Translations under genes and position numbers: made by a program
Part shown: positions 24,483 to 36,079 of the stretch, one piece after another
How the letters are laid out: the number at the start of each line of letters is the position of its first letter
How positions within the stretch are numbered: position 1 is the stretch's first letter
Assembly (NCBI RefSeq): GCF_006345805.1
Contig: NC_043001.1
Coordinates: forward strand, 14,818,001-14,882,000
Length of the DNA: 64,000 nucleotides
Reading direction: 5' to 3'
Source: Octopus sinensis
Lineage: Eukaryota
Notes under the pieces: generated by a model
The model's input: only the letters and a program-made list of their open reading frames with translations
Told to the model about the DNA's origin: nothing
Database searches by the model: none

Positions 24483-24900
24483 CTTTTATTCTTTTACTTG
24501 TTTCAGTCGTCTGACTACGGTCATGCTGGAGCACTGCCTTTAGTCAAACAAATCAACCCCAGGACTTATTCTTTGTAAGCCTAGCACTTATTCTGCTGTT
24601 CTCTTTTGCTGAAATGCTTAGTGATGAGGATGTAAACACACCAACATCGGTTGTCAAGTGATGGTGACAGGACAAATACAAACACACACACACTCACATA
24701 TATGTGTGTGTATATATATATGTGTATACATATACAACAGACTTTTTTCAGTTTCCCTCTACCAAATCCACTCATAAAGTTTTGGTTGGCCCAAGGCTAT
24801 AGTAGAAGACATTTGCCCAAGGTGTTATGTAGTGGGACTGAACCTGGAATCATGTGGTCGGGAAGCAAGCTTCTTACCACAAAGCCACATCTGCACCTAT
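24483..24900 (-). mobile_element. SINE-A
   Basis: Family consensus, diverged. Confidence 0.85.
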
Positions 24901-24915
24901 GTCTATATATTGTAG

Positions 24916-25282
24916 AACTCTGTCAGTTACGACGACGAGGGTTCCAGTTGATATGATCAACGGAACACCCTGCTCATAAAATTAACTGAGCACCCCACAG
25001 ACACATGTACCCTTAATGTAGTTCTCAGGGAGATTCAGCATAACACAGAGTGTGACAAGGCAGGCCCTTAGGAATACAGGTACAGCAGAAACTGGAAGAA
25101 AGAGTGAGAGAAAATTGTGGGGAAAGATTGCAGCAGGGTTTGCTATCACCCCTTGCCGGAGCCTCGTGGTGCTTTAGGTGTTTTCACTCAATAAACACTC
25201 ACGATGTCCAGTCTGGGAATCGAAACCACGATCCTATGACCACAAGTCTGCTGCCCTAACCACTGGGCCATTGCGCCTCCAC
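24916..25282 (-). mobile_element. SINE-D (tail a) full length
   Basis: Matches 42181-42563. Confidence 0.88.
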
Positions 25283-25404
25283 TCTCTATATGTGAGTACA
25301 TAGATATATAATTGCGTTTTGTGAGAAGCAAAATAGTGTGTGGTTGTTGATGACAAGTCATGGTTGTTCTGTGTGGTTAGTGAAACAACGAACATGCTTA
25401 ACAT

Positions 25405-25610
25405 TGTTCTTTTACTCTTTCATTTGTTTCAGTCATGTGACTGAGGCCATGCTGGTGCACCACCTTTAGTCGAACAAATCAACCCCACGACTTATTCTTT
25501 GTAAGTCTAATACTTATTCTATCGGTCTCTATAGCCGAACCACTAAGTTATGGGGATGGTTTTTCAAGTATGTTAGGGAGACAAACACAGACACACAAAC
25601 ATATACAGAG

Positions 25611-25647
<37 letters not shown>

Positions 25648-26047
25648 CAACAGGCTTCTTTCAGTTTTTTTATTTCTTTATTGCCCACAAGGGGCTAAAC
25701 ATAGAGGGGATAAAAAGGACAGACAAAGGGATTAAGTCGATTACATCGACCCAGTGCGTAACTGGTACTTAATTTATCAACCCAGAAAGGATGAAAGGCA
25801 AAGTTGACCTCGGCGGAATTTGAACTCAGAATGTATAGACAGAAAAAATACCGCTAAGCATTTCGCCCAGAGTGCTAACATTTCTGCCAGCTTGCCGCCT
25901 TTATATATATATACAACAGGCTTCTTTCAGTTTCTGTCTACCAAATTCCCTCACAAGGTTTTGGTTGACCTGAGGCTATAGTGGAACTGAACCCGGAGCC
26001 ATGTGATTGGTAAGAAAGCTATGTACTGCACAGCCACTCCTGCGCCT
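25405..26047 (-). mobile_element. SINE-A with nested SINE-B (25668-25900)
   Basis: atatatacaacaggcttctttcagttt present on both sides of the B copy. Confidence 0.85.
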
Positions 26048-27354
26048 ATTATAATAATATAGTGTTATATTGTGGTCATGGTGGGGCGGACAATAATAAT
26101 TATGGTGACTCTTATAATGTTATACAGAACATTATTATAATAAAACAGTGATGTATTGTAGGTTATGAAACGGGATATGTTGAACAGTGTTGTATTGTGA
26201 GAGTTTAACCCTTGTGACAGTAATTTTCCTTCAGCAGCCACTGATTTTGTGATAAAAATCTGCCCATTTAAAAATATTCCATTTGTAATAATTTGAGTGT
26301 GGGAAACTATAGTTGTGTTCCAAAAACTAGTTTGATTATGAAAAGTTTCGATACTTTCTAAATCCTCCCAAATTCTTGTTATTTCATTTTTATTATTTTC
26401 TTGCTACTCCATCCCGGTGAGAACCATTACACATGCCAGCTATTCTTCATTCATTAATATTGTCCTCTTCACCCATATGTTACATTGATCACTCCACCCT
26501 GCCAACCACTGAAATATCACTCCTCTTGCACTGCGCCTGCCTCTCTCTTACACCTCCACTCCTGGAGCCTACTCAAGCATGTGTTGTCTCTCTTTTGTCC
26601 TCCCCACTCTATCAACTATATCATGTGATTGGTAAGCAATCACATGATTAAGTTCTCCTCTGCTCTCCCACTTCTGCATCCCTCTATCTTCCCCAACTCA
26701 TACATCATTACTCATACTCACCCCTTTTCCATCATTCCCTACATCCATCCTTCAATCTTAAGCAAACTTTACAGTTGCAGTCTACCTCCCCTTCTGCCTC
26801 CCCTTTTCTTTCTTCCCCCTTTCCCTTCCTTTCCCCCTATACATTCTTGCAACCCCCTTACCCACACACTTAGTTCCTCTGTCCCTACCCACATCAATTC
26901 ACCTTGTACCTTGAAGGCCAACCTGATGAGGAGGATAAGGATGATAATGATGATAAATTAAGTACCAGTTACGCACTGGGGTCGATGTAATCGACTTAAT
27001 CCGTTTGCCTGTCCTTGTTTGTCTCCTCTGTGTTTAGCCCCTTGTGGGTAGTAAAGAAATAGATAATGATGATGATATTTCCAAGCAAAGTAAGAATATT
27101 TCCCCATAACTAGACGTGCTTTTCAGCAAAATAAGCAACATCATTTGCATGACAGTCATGCTTGGTTGCAGCTATCATGTGATGTCAACGTAACGGTACA
27201 CACAAACACACACATATAGGATCTTTACCTTCCGACCGACAGATTTAAAAAATAATTTTTTGTAACTAAACACTTTGAAGCTTCGTATACTGGTAGAATG
27301 TGTCATATAAAACATGTTTTACTCTTAGCATTTTTGAGAAAAACTTACATTTAC

Positions 27355-27770
27355 TCTTTACTCTCTTTTACTCTTTTACTTGTTTCAGTCATTTGACTGT
27401 GGCCATGCTGGAGCACCGCCTTTAGTCGATCAAATAGACCCCAGGTCTTATTCTTTGTAAGCCTAGTACTTATTTTATCGGTCTCTTTTTGCCGAACAGC
27501 TAAGTTACGGGGATGTAAACACACCAGCATTGATTGTCAAGCGATGTTGGGGGGACAAACATAGACACACAAACACGCACATACACACATATATATATAC
27601 ATATATACGACGGGCTTCTTTCAGTTTCCGTCTACCAAATCCACTCACAAGGCTTTGGTTGGCCCGAGGCTATAGTAGAAGACACTTACCCAAGGTGCCA
27701 CACAGTGGGACTGAACCCGGAACCATGTGGTTTGTAAGCAATCTACTTACCACACTGTCACTCCTGCGCC
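27355..27770 (-). mobile_element. SINE-A full length
   Basis: Family consensus. Confidence 0.9.
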
Positions 27771-27927
27771 TTACGAAGTTATTTCACATTAAAGTTCTCA
27801 TATTTCAGTAATGTCAACCAATCAATGACGTGTATTCAGCTGAATAAAGTTACTGTCGTTGTTTGTCATGATATATACACACAAATATAAAGTTCCACAT
27901 GTATAATTATATACATATATACACGTA

Positions 27928-28350
27928 TACTCTTTACTCTTTTACTCTTTTACTTGTTTCAGTCATTTGACTGCGGCCATGCTGGAGCACCGCCTTTAGT
28001 CGAGCAAATCGACCCTGGGACTGGGACTTATTCTTTGTAAGCCCAGTACTTATTCTATCAGTCTCTTTTGCCGAACCGCTAAGTGACGGGGACGTAAACA
28101 CACCAGCATCGGTTGTCAAGCAATGCTAGGGGGACAAACACAGACACACAAACACACACACATACATATATATATATACATATATACGACAGGCTTCTTT
28201 CAGTTTCCGTCTACCAAATCCACTCACAAGGCTTTGGTCGGCCCGGGGCTATAGCAGAAGACACTTGTCCAAGGTGCCACGCAGTGGGACTGAACCCGGA
28301 ACCATGTGGTTGTTTAGCAAGCTACTTACCACACAGCCACTCCTGCGCCT
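27928..28350 (-). mobile_element. SINE-A full length
   Basis: Family consensus. Confidence 0.9.
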
Positions 28351-29179
28351 GTAAAGAATTATAATTCTTATATGTAAAGAATTATAATTCTTTGAAGTAT
28401 AACAGATAGGAGATTCTATATATATTTTTTTTGCGACATGCATACCTTTGTAATTCCTATCTTGTAATGTAACACGTGTAACACGGAATTAAAATATACC
28501 AAATTTTTTGAGGCTTCTGTTTTGTTAAACACATATAGATGCATATACTTAATTATATATATATACAGGCATAGATGCGTGTGTAGGAGTTAATGAAATT
28601 TTTATGGGCTCTGTTTTTTAGGGGTCACCCTGTATGTGTGTGTGTGTGTATGTGTGTGTGTGCATGTGTATACATATATATATATATATTATATACACAT
28701 ATGTATTTATATTATATACGCAACAGGCTTCTTTCAGGTTTCCTCAACAAAAATTCACTTTTGTTGGCTGAGGGCTCAAGGTGCCACATTGCAGGACTGA
28801 ACCACTGAACTTGAAATCATTCTTCTTAAGCACAGTTGTTCATAAATTATATTTTATCACAATTTTAGTAATCATCACAACTTGTTTTACCTCCTTTCAT
28901 TCCTCACAGCTCCACCCTCTTATAAAAAAAACTCTGAATTCATATATGTAGCACGGATGTACACCCAACAACGTTCCAACTGGTACAGTCCAGAAAAATG
29001 CATGGAGAATTTATAAAATGCAACACATTAGTGATAAATAAGCAGAGAGAGAGAGCTTCTTTTTTTTTTTTTTTTATTAAAGTGTTATATTGTCACTTTG
29101 TGAAATATGTAGTAGACACCTAACATTCTTTGAATATATATCAACATCGATGGAATTTACAAATATTATTTATATTAGG

Positions 29180-29580
29180 TTAAGCTGGAGAGCTGGTAGA
29201 ATCGTTAGCATGCCGGGTGAAATGCTTAGCAGTATTTCGTCTGCCGTTACGTTGTGAGTTCAAATTCTGCTGAGGTCGACTTTGCCTTTCATCCTTTCGG
29301 GGTCGATAAATTAAGTACCAGTTACGCACTGGGGTTGATATAATTGACTTAATCCCTTTGTCTGTCCTTGTTTGTCCCCTCTGTGTTTAGCCCCTTGTGG
29401 GTAGTAAAGAAATAGGTATTTCGTCTGTTGTTACGTTCTGAGTTCAGATTCTGCCGAGGTTGACTTTGCCTTTCATCCCTTCAGGGTCAATAAATTAAGT
29501 ATCAGTAAAACACTGGGGTCGATGTGATTGACTAGTCTCCTCCCCCAATTTCAGGCCTTGTGCCTATAGTAGATATGATT
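29180..29580 (+). mobile_element. SINE-B dimer (tail a + tail b)
   Basis: Junction gtagtaaagaaataggtatttcgtc at ~29401-29425. Confidence 0.87.
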
Positions 29581-29667
29581 ATTCATATTAGGTTAAGGTG
29601 GAAAGCTGGCAGAATCGTTAGCCTGCCGGGCAAAATGCTTAGCGACATTTTGTCTGTTACTACAGTT

Positions 29668-29950
29668 GTCATCATCATCATCATCATCATCATCGTTTAA
29701 CATCCGTTTTCCATGCTAGCATGGGTTGGACGGTTCGACCAGGGTCTGGGAAGCCAGGAGGCTGCACCAGGTTCCAGTCTGATCTGGCAGTGTTTCTACA
29801 GCTGGATGCCCTTCCTAACGCCAACCACTCCGTGAGCGGAGTGAATGCTTTTTACATGCCACTAGCACAGGGGCCAGAGGAGACTGGCAATGGCCACAAT
29901 CGGTGCTCCAGCATGGCTGCAGTCAAATGACTGAAACAAGTAAAAGAGTA
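29668..29950. mobile_element. RTE 3' UTR fragment (minus) abutting a SINE-A tail (plus)
   Basis: Both consensus blocks visible; junction at ~29900. Confidence 0.75.
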
Positions 29951-30186
29951 TGCTTTGTTTCATTATCCAATTTTAACAGCTGCTTTATGAACCAATAATG
30001 GAATCTCTACATGATCTCTAATTCTATTAGAAATAGAAACCAAATCACCTTTAAATTGTATTCCACCCCATTACAAAGGAAGACTACATTGAATATTGTT
30101 GTATCTTGGGAGGGTCACAATGACAATAATAAGCACATGCACTGGTTCTATCTCACTTCTTTATTATTTATATGCCAATTGGTTAA

Positions 30187-30460
30187 CAGGTGTGACTGTA
30201 AGGTAAGAAGCTTGCTTCCCAACCACATGGTTCCGGGATCAGTCCCACTGTGTGACACTTCGGGCAAAATGCTTAGCAGTATTTCGTCTGCCGTTACATT
30301 CTGAGTTCAAAATTCCGCCGAGGTTGACTTTACTTTTCATCCTTTCGGGGTCGATAAATTAAGTACCAGTTATGCACTGGGGTTGATGTAATCGACTTAA
30401 TCCCTTTGTCTATCCTTGTTTGTCCCCTCTATGTTTAGTCCCCTGTGGGCAATAAAGAAA
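30187..30460 (+). mobile_element. Chimeric SINE: A head fused to B body
   Basis: A head to ...gtgtgacacttcgggcaa, then aatgcttagcagtatttcgtctg (B). Confidence 0.8.
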
Positions 30461-31229
30461 TAAGAAACTGGAAGAAGCCTGACATATATATATGTGTGTG
30501 TGTGTGTGCATGTGTGTGCATGTGTTTGAAGGTCTCTCGAGTAAAATCCCTTACTGAGAAACAGATATGGGTTGAGGACAGGAAGAACATCCAGCTGCAA
30601 AATCCTGCTTCAAATAACTCCTTGTCGAGACTCGTGCTAGCATGGGGAGAAACAGACAGAAGTCAGATTAAACTAAGCAATACAAATCGTTGAGAAGAAA
30701 TTGTATCTCCTTTCATAGTAACCTTTTGAAAAGCTTGTAATACCAATATGAGACCATAATTTTCTGGTTCAAATCAAAGTTGGTCCTCTGAACCTTTCTT
30801 TCTTCTATGGTGACTGAAAACAGAAACACCTGAATGATAGGAAATGATGAAACAGAATCAGAGGTTGGATAGCCGTTAATGAATGACATATCTGAAGGGT
30901 AAATAGAAAAAAAAAGGAGTCAAATGTATAACATTGTATGGGATAGGTTATTTGAATGAGGTTAATGACTATTTTGTAGTAACAAATTTATAATGAATAA
31001 ATATTCCACCTATATATCGTGTGATCAGCAGACATTAATTGAATTTAGACAACAAGCATTGATTGAATGAATTGATTACCTATAATCAATATTGACCAAT
31101 ATTGATCATAAATAACTAAGCTATATTTATTTAATGTCAGGACTTTCTGAGGTGACTGAGTACCAGACAAACGTAATAAAAGTGAGCCAATGAAAAAGGG
31201 AGAAATTGCAGCAATATCTACCTAGAATT

Positions 31230-31781
31230 GTGGAGGAACATGGCTTAGTGGTTAGAGCAGCAGACTCATGGTTGAGGATTTGCAGGTTCGAATCTCAGAC
31301 CAGGTGATGTGTGTGTTTATGAGCGAAACACCTGAGCTCCATGTGACTCCAGCAGAAGGTAATGGCAAACTTCTGTTGACTTTTTCGCCACAACTTTCTC
31401 TCACTTCCTCCTGCATCTAGCGGCTCACCTGCGACAGACCGGCGTCCTGTCCAGGTGGGGAAACCTATACACCAGTGGGTAGCACGTAGTCTAGTGGTTA
31501 GAGCAGTGGACTCGTGGTTGAGGGATCGAAGGTTCAAATCTCAGATCGGGTGATGTGTGCGTTTATGAGTGAAACACCTAAAAGCTCCAAGCGGCTCCGG
31601 CAGAAGGTAATGGTGAACTTCTGCTGACTCTTTTGCCACAACTTTCTCTCACTCTTTCCTCCTGCATCTAGCAGCTCACCTGCGACGGACTGGCATCCTA
31701 TCCAGGTGGGGTACCTATACACCAATGAAACCAGGAAACCGGCCCTTATGAGCCAGGCATGGCTTGAGACGGAACAAACAA
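31230..31781 (+). mobile_element. SINE-D-related dimer (tail d)
   Basis: Two tRNA-like heads; 11-bp TSD ctacctagaat at 31218-31228 and 31782-31792. Confidence 0.87.
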
Positions 31782-31844
31782 CTACCTAGAATAACATCCT
31801 GATTGCTGTATTCCCAGTTTTTCCTTAGTCATAATTCATCACCA

Positions 31845-32090
31845 ACATCATCATCATCATCATCGTTTAATGTCCGTTTTCCGCGCTAGCACAAGTTGGA
31901 CGGTTCGACCGGGGTTCTGGGAAGCCAGAAGGCTGCACCAGGCTCCAGTCTGATCTGGCAGAGTTTCTACAGCTGGATGCCCTTCCTAATGCCAACCACT
32001 CCATGAGTGTAGTGGGTGCTTTTTACGTGCCGCCTGCACAGGTGCTGGAGGGGGGGGGGTCCGGCATCGGCCATGATTGGTTGGAGCTTT
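31845..32090 (-). mobile_element. RTE 3' UTR fragment
   Basis: Family consensus. Confidence 0.82.
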
Positions 32091-32309
32091 TACCACCCAG
32101 AATTAACCACTACAGTATTTCTTTTAATCTTTAGGGCCAGGAGGAAAGGCTGGGCCCATGAACCATTCACAGGGCCACCTTTAAAAAGGAAGGACACATT
32201 GGACATTATACTCATAGCTACATTCTTTGAAAATATGATGATTGTTCATATTTGGGATGCTTTCATCTTGAGTCTGTTCATTTAGAGCTGAGCTGTGCCT
32301 CAACAAGGC

Positions 32310-32700
32310 AGTGAGCTGGCAGAATTGTTAGCATGCAGGACGAAATGCTTAGCGGCATTTCATCTGCCACTATGTTCTGAGTCCAAATTCCGCTGAAGTC
32401 AACCTTGCCTTTCATCCTTCCAGGGTTTTTGAAATAAGTACCAGTTACGCACTGGGGTCGATATAATCGACTTAATCCCTTTGTCTGTCCTTGTTTGTTC
32501 CCTCTGTGTTTAGCCCCTTGTGGGTAGTAAAGAAATAGGTATTTCATCAGCTGCTATGTTTTGAGTTCAATTTCCGCCAAGGTTGACTTTGCCTTTCATC
32601 CTTTCGGGGATCAATAAATTAAGTACCAGTTGCATACTGGGGTCGATCTAATCAACTGACCCCCTCATCCTCCAAAATTTCAGGCCTTGTGCTTATGATA
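32310..32700 (+). mobile_element. SINE-B dimer (tail a + tail b)
   Basis: Junction gtagtaaagaaataggtatttcatc. Confidence 0.85.
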
Positions 32701-32776
32701 TAAAGGATTATCATTATTATTATTATCATTATCATCATTATTATCATTATTATTATTATCATTATCATCATTATTA

Positions 32777-32809
<33 letters not shown>

Positions 32810-33004
32810 GTAGTAGTAGTAGTAGTAGTAGTAGTATTTTGTTTGCTCCCATCTCGAAGAGTGTAACATGTTTTTCCAGTTTCCATCAAGCTCCCATAAT
32901 GACATTTAAACGTGTAAACGATAGGTCAGTTATTGTTGTTTTTAGCGAAATAGTCTGATTCTATTTTTATACACGTGTGTATGTTTGATTATACACACAT
33001 ACAC

Positions 33005-34110
33005 ACAAACACACACAAACACACAAACACACGCACGTTCATGCCACATATGTATGTTTCTTTCTATGCGAGTATGTATGTTTTGTATGTATATGTGCAT
33101 GTATATATTATTTATATATGTATGTATATGGGTATATATACCATATTTTAATGTGTATAAGGAAACCCCAAATTTTGGGGGCTTAAAATTTGGAAAAAAG
33201 GTTTTGTAAGGGATTATAATATTATTCCTGTATAATCATCATCATCATCACTATAATCATCATCATCATCATCATCATAATCATAGTCACCACCATAAGC
33301 TTCCACCACCACCATCTTCTTCATAATCATCATCATTGCTATCATCGTCATCATCATTTCATGTTTGTCTCCTATTCTTTTATCTGTTTCAATCATTTGA
33401 TTGCGGCCATACTGGAGCAGCACCTTTAGTTGAAGGGGACTTATTTGTTGTAAGCCTGGTACTAATTCTGTTGCTAGGTTACGGGGACGTAAACACACCA
33501 ACATTGGTTGTCAAGTGATGTGGGGAGGGGGGACAAACACAGATGCACGAACATGCACACACAACACACAAACACACAAACACACGCACGTTCATGCCAC
33601 ATATGTATGTTTCTTTCTATGCGAGTATGTATGTTTTGTATGTATATGTGCATGTATATATTATTTATATATGTATGTATATGGGTATATATACCATATT
33701 TTAATGTGTATAAGGAAACCCCAAATTTTGGGGGCTTAAAATTTGGAAAAAAGGTTTTGTAAGGGATTATAATATTATTCCTGTATAATCATCATCATCA
33801 TCACTATAATCATCATCATCATCATCATCATAATCATAGTCACCACCATAAGCTTCCACCACCACCATCTTCTTCATAATCATCATCATTGCTATCATCG
33901 TCATCATCATTTCATGTTTGTCTCCTATTCTTTTATCTGTTTCAATCATTTGATTGCGGCCATACTGGAGCAGCACCTTTAGTTGAAGGGGACTTATTTG
34001 TTGTAAGCCTGGTACTAATTCTGTTGCTAGGTTACGGGGACGTAAACACACCAACATTGGTTGTCAAGTGATGTGGGGAGGGGGGACAAACACAGATGCA
34101 CGAACATGCA
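33005..34110. repeat. Exact 553-bp tandem duplication
   Basis: Identical ORFs at 33214/33767 and 33336/33889; junction in (CA)n-rich sequence. Confidence 0.93.
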
Positions 34111-34734
34111 CACACACACACACATATATAATTGGCTTCTTTCAGTTGGCCTGAGGTTATAGTAGAAGACACTTGCCCAAGGTGTCACGCAGTGGGATTG
34201 AACCCGGAACCATGTGGTTGGGAAGCAAGCTACTTACCACACAGCCACTCCTGCGCCTATGGTCAAGTTTAATAAAATTTAATTTGGACTCAATGCATGA
34301 AGTGTCATCGTTGGACCCAAGGCCCAATGAAGAACCCTCAAAAGGAGCTAGCTTAAAAGCTTCCTGTTAGGGCAGCTTTAAAGCTAGTCTTCCATATACA
34401 TCATGCTCTTAGCTACTCAGTTTTACTCTGTCTTGTACACTCTGTGACCTGTAGACTACAGACCATTCTGTCAGAGACCTTCATCAGAACAGCAAAAGCT
34501 ATGGATAGCCTCTTGCTTTCAACCATGGACTTCTGCTGTTGGACAAAACCTGGATTTAAAACACTAGATGATGATGGTGATGATATATATATATACGACA
34601 GGCTTGTTTTCAGTTTCTGTCTACCAAATCTACTCAGAAGGCTTTGGTCAGAAGACACCTGCCCAAGGTGCTACGCAGTGAGACCAGGTAATTTTAAAAT
34701 AATTATTAGATAATCTTTTATATTTTTATTCGGT

Positions 34735-35130
34735 AGGCGCAGGAGTGGCTGTGTGGTAAGTAGCTTGTTTACCAACCACATGGTTCCGGGTTCAGTCCCA
34801 CTGCGTGGCACCTTGGGCAAGTGTCTTCTACTATAGCCTCGGGCCGACCAAAGTCTTGTGAGTGGATTTGGTAGACGGAAACTGAAAGAAGCCTGTCGTA
34901 TTACATGTGTGTGCGTGTATGTTTGTGTGTGTGTGTTTGTCCCCCTAGCATTGCTTGACAACCGATGCTGGTGTGTTTATGTCCCCGTCACTTAGCGGTT
35001 CGGCAAAAGAGACCAATAGAATAAGTACTGGGCTTACAAAGAATAAGTCCCGGGGTCGAGTTGCTCGATTAAAGGCGGTGCTCCAGCATGGCCGCAGTCA
35101 AAATGACTGAAACAAGTAAAAAGAGAGATA
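34735..35130 (+). mobile_element. SINE-A full length, little diverged
   Basis: Family consensus. Confidence 0.92.
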
Positions 35131-36079
35131 GAGATATTTTATATAAATTTTTTATAATTTTCATAATATTCATTATTTACATAGTGATTAAAACTCCACG
35201 TGAGTTTATATTAATATAGCTTGTGGGGGCGGGGGTGGGGGAGCATAAGGGGGGCATGCAAGTATTTGTACATTCATATACTCTTATCTTTTACTTCTTT
35301 TCCGGTTTCACTCATTGAACTGCGACAAGGCTGGGGCAATGTCTAGCTTTTCCTACATCTGTTGTTCATGCACTAGCGCACAGACGCATATATATGTGGT
35401 GCGTGCGTGCATGTATGGGTGAGTGTGTGTAGATACTCATGTGTCAGTGTGTGTATCTATATGTATTTATACATATATTTATATATGTATTTATATACAT
35501 ATGTATTTATATATTTATGTATACATACATATCTTTATATATATATATGTGTGTATGTATATATATATGTGTGTGTGTGTGTGTATATAAATATATATAT
35601 ATATGTACACGTTCATATGCACATATATACATAGACTTACTCGCATATATGGTGACACATATATATACAAGTGTATATGCACTGGTATATGCACAAGTGC
35701 AGTGCATATGTGTATGCATGCATTTGTACCCAGGTGGATTTGCATGCAGTTTATGTATCACTGTATCGCTATGCATATGCTTGTGTATATGAGTACATGC
35801 ATGTGGTGTATGGCACCATTCACACATGCTCACACAGAATATGATAACATTTAGCCTACATCTAACCTGTTTACTGCTATTAACAAGAGCTAAGAATATA
35901 TATATGCTGCACGTAAGAAGATGAAGAACATTGGAGAAGTTTAAATGTCACTTACTAGACATGATTTTCTGGAAGCTTTTCTCACCTATAAAGTAAAACC
36001 AAGAAAAAAAATAACCAGCTTTAGATGAAATAGAATCAGAGAATCAAACATTAAACAATGCAATGATATATATACATAC

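Noticed and set aside
26620-26648. 12-bp perfect hairpin atcatgtgattg/caatcacatgat
   Set aside because: Too short and without context to assign a function
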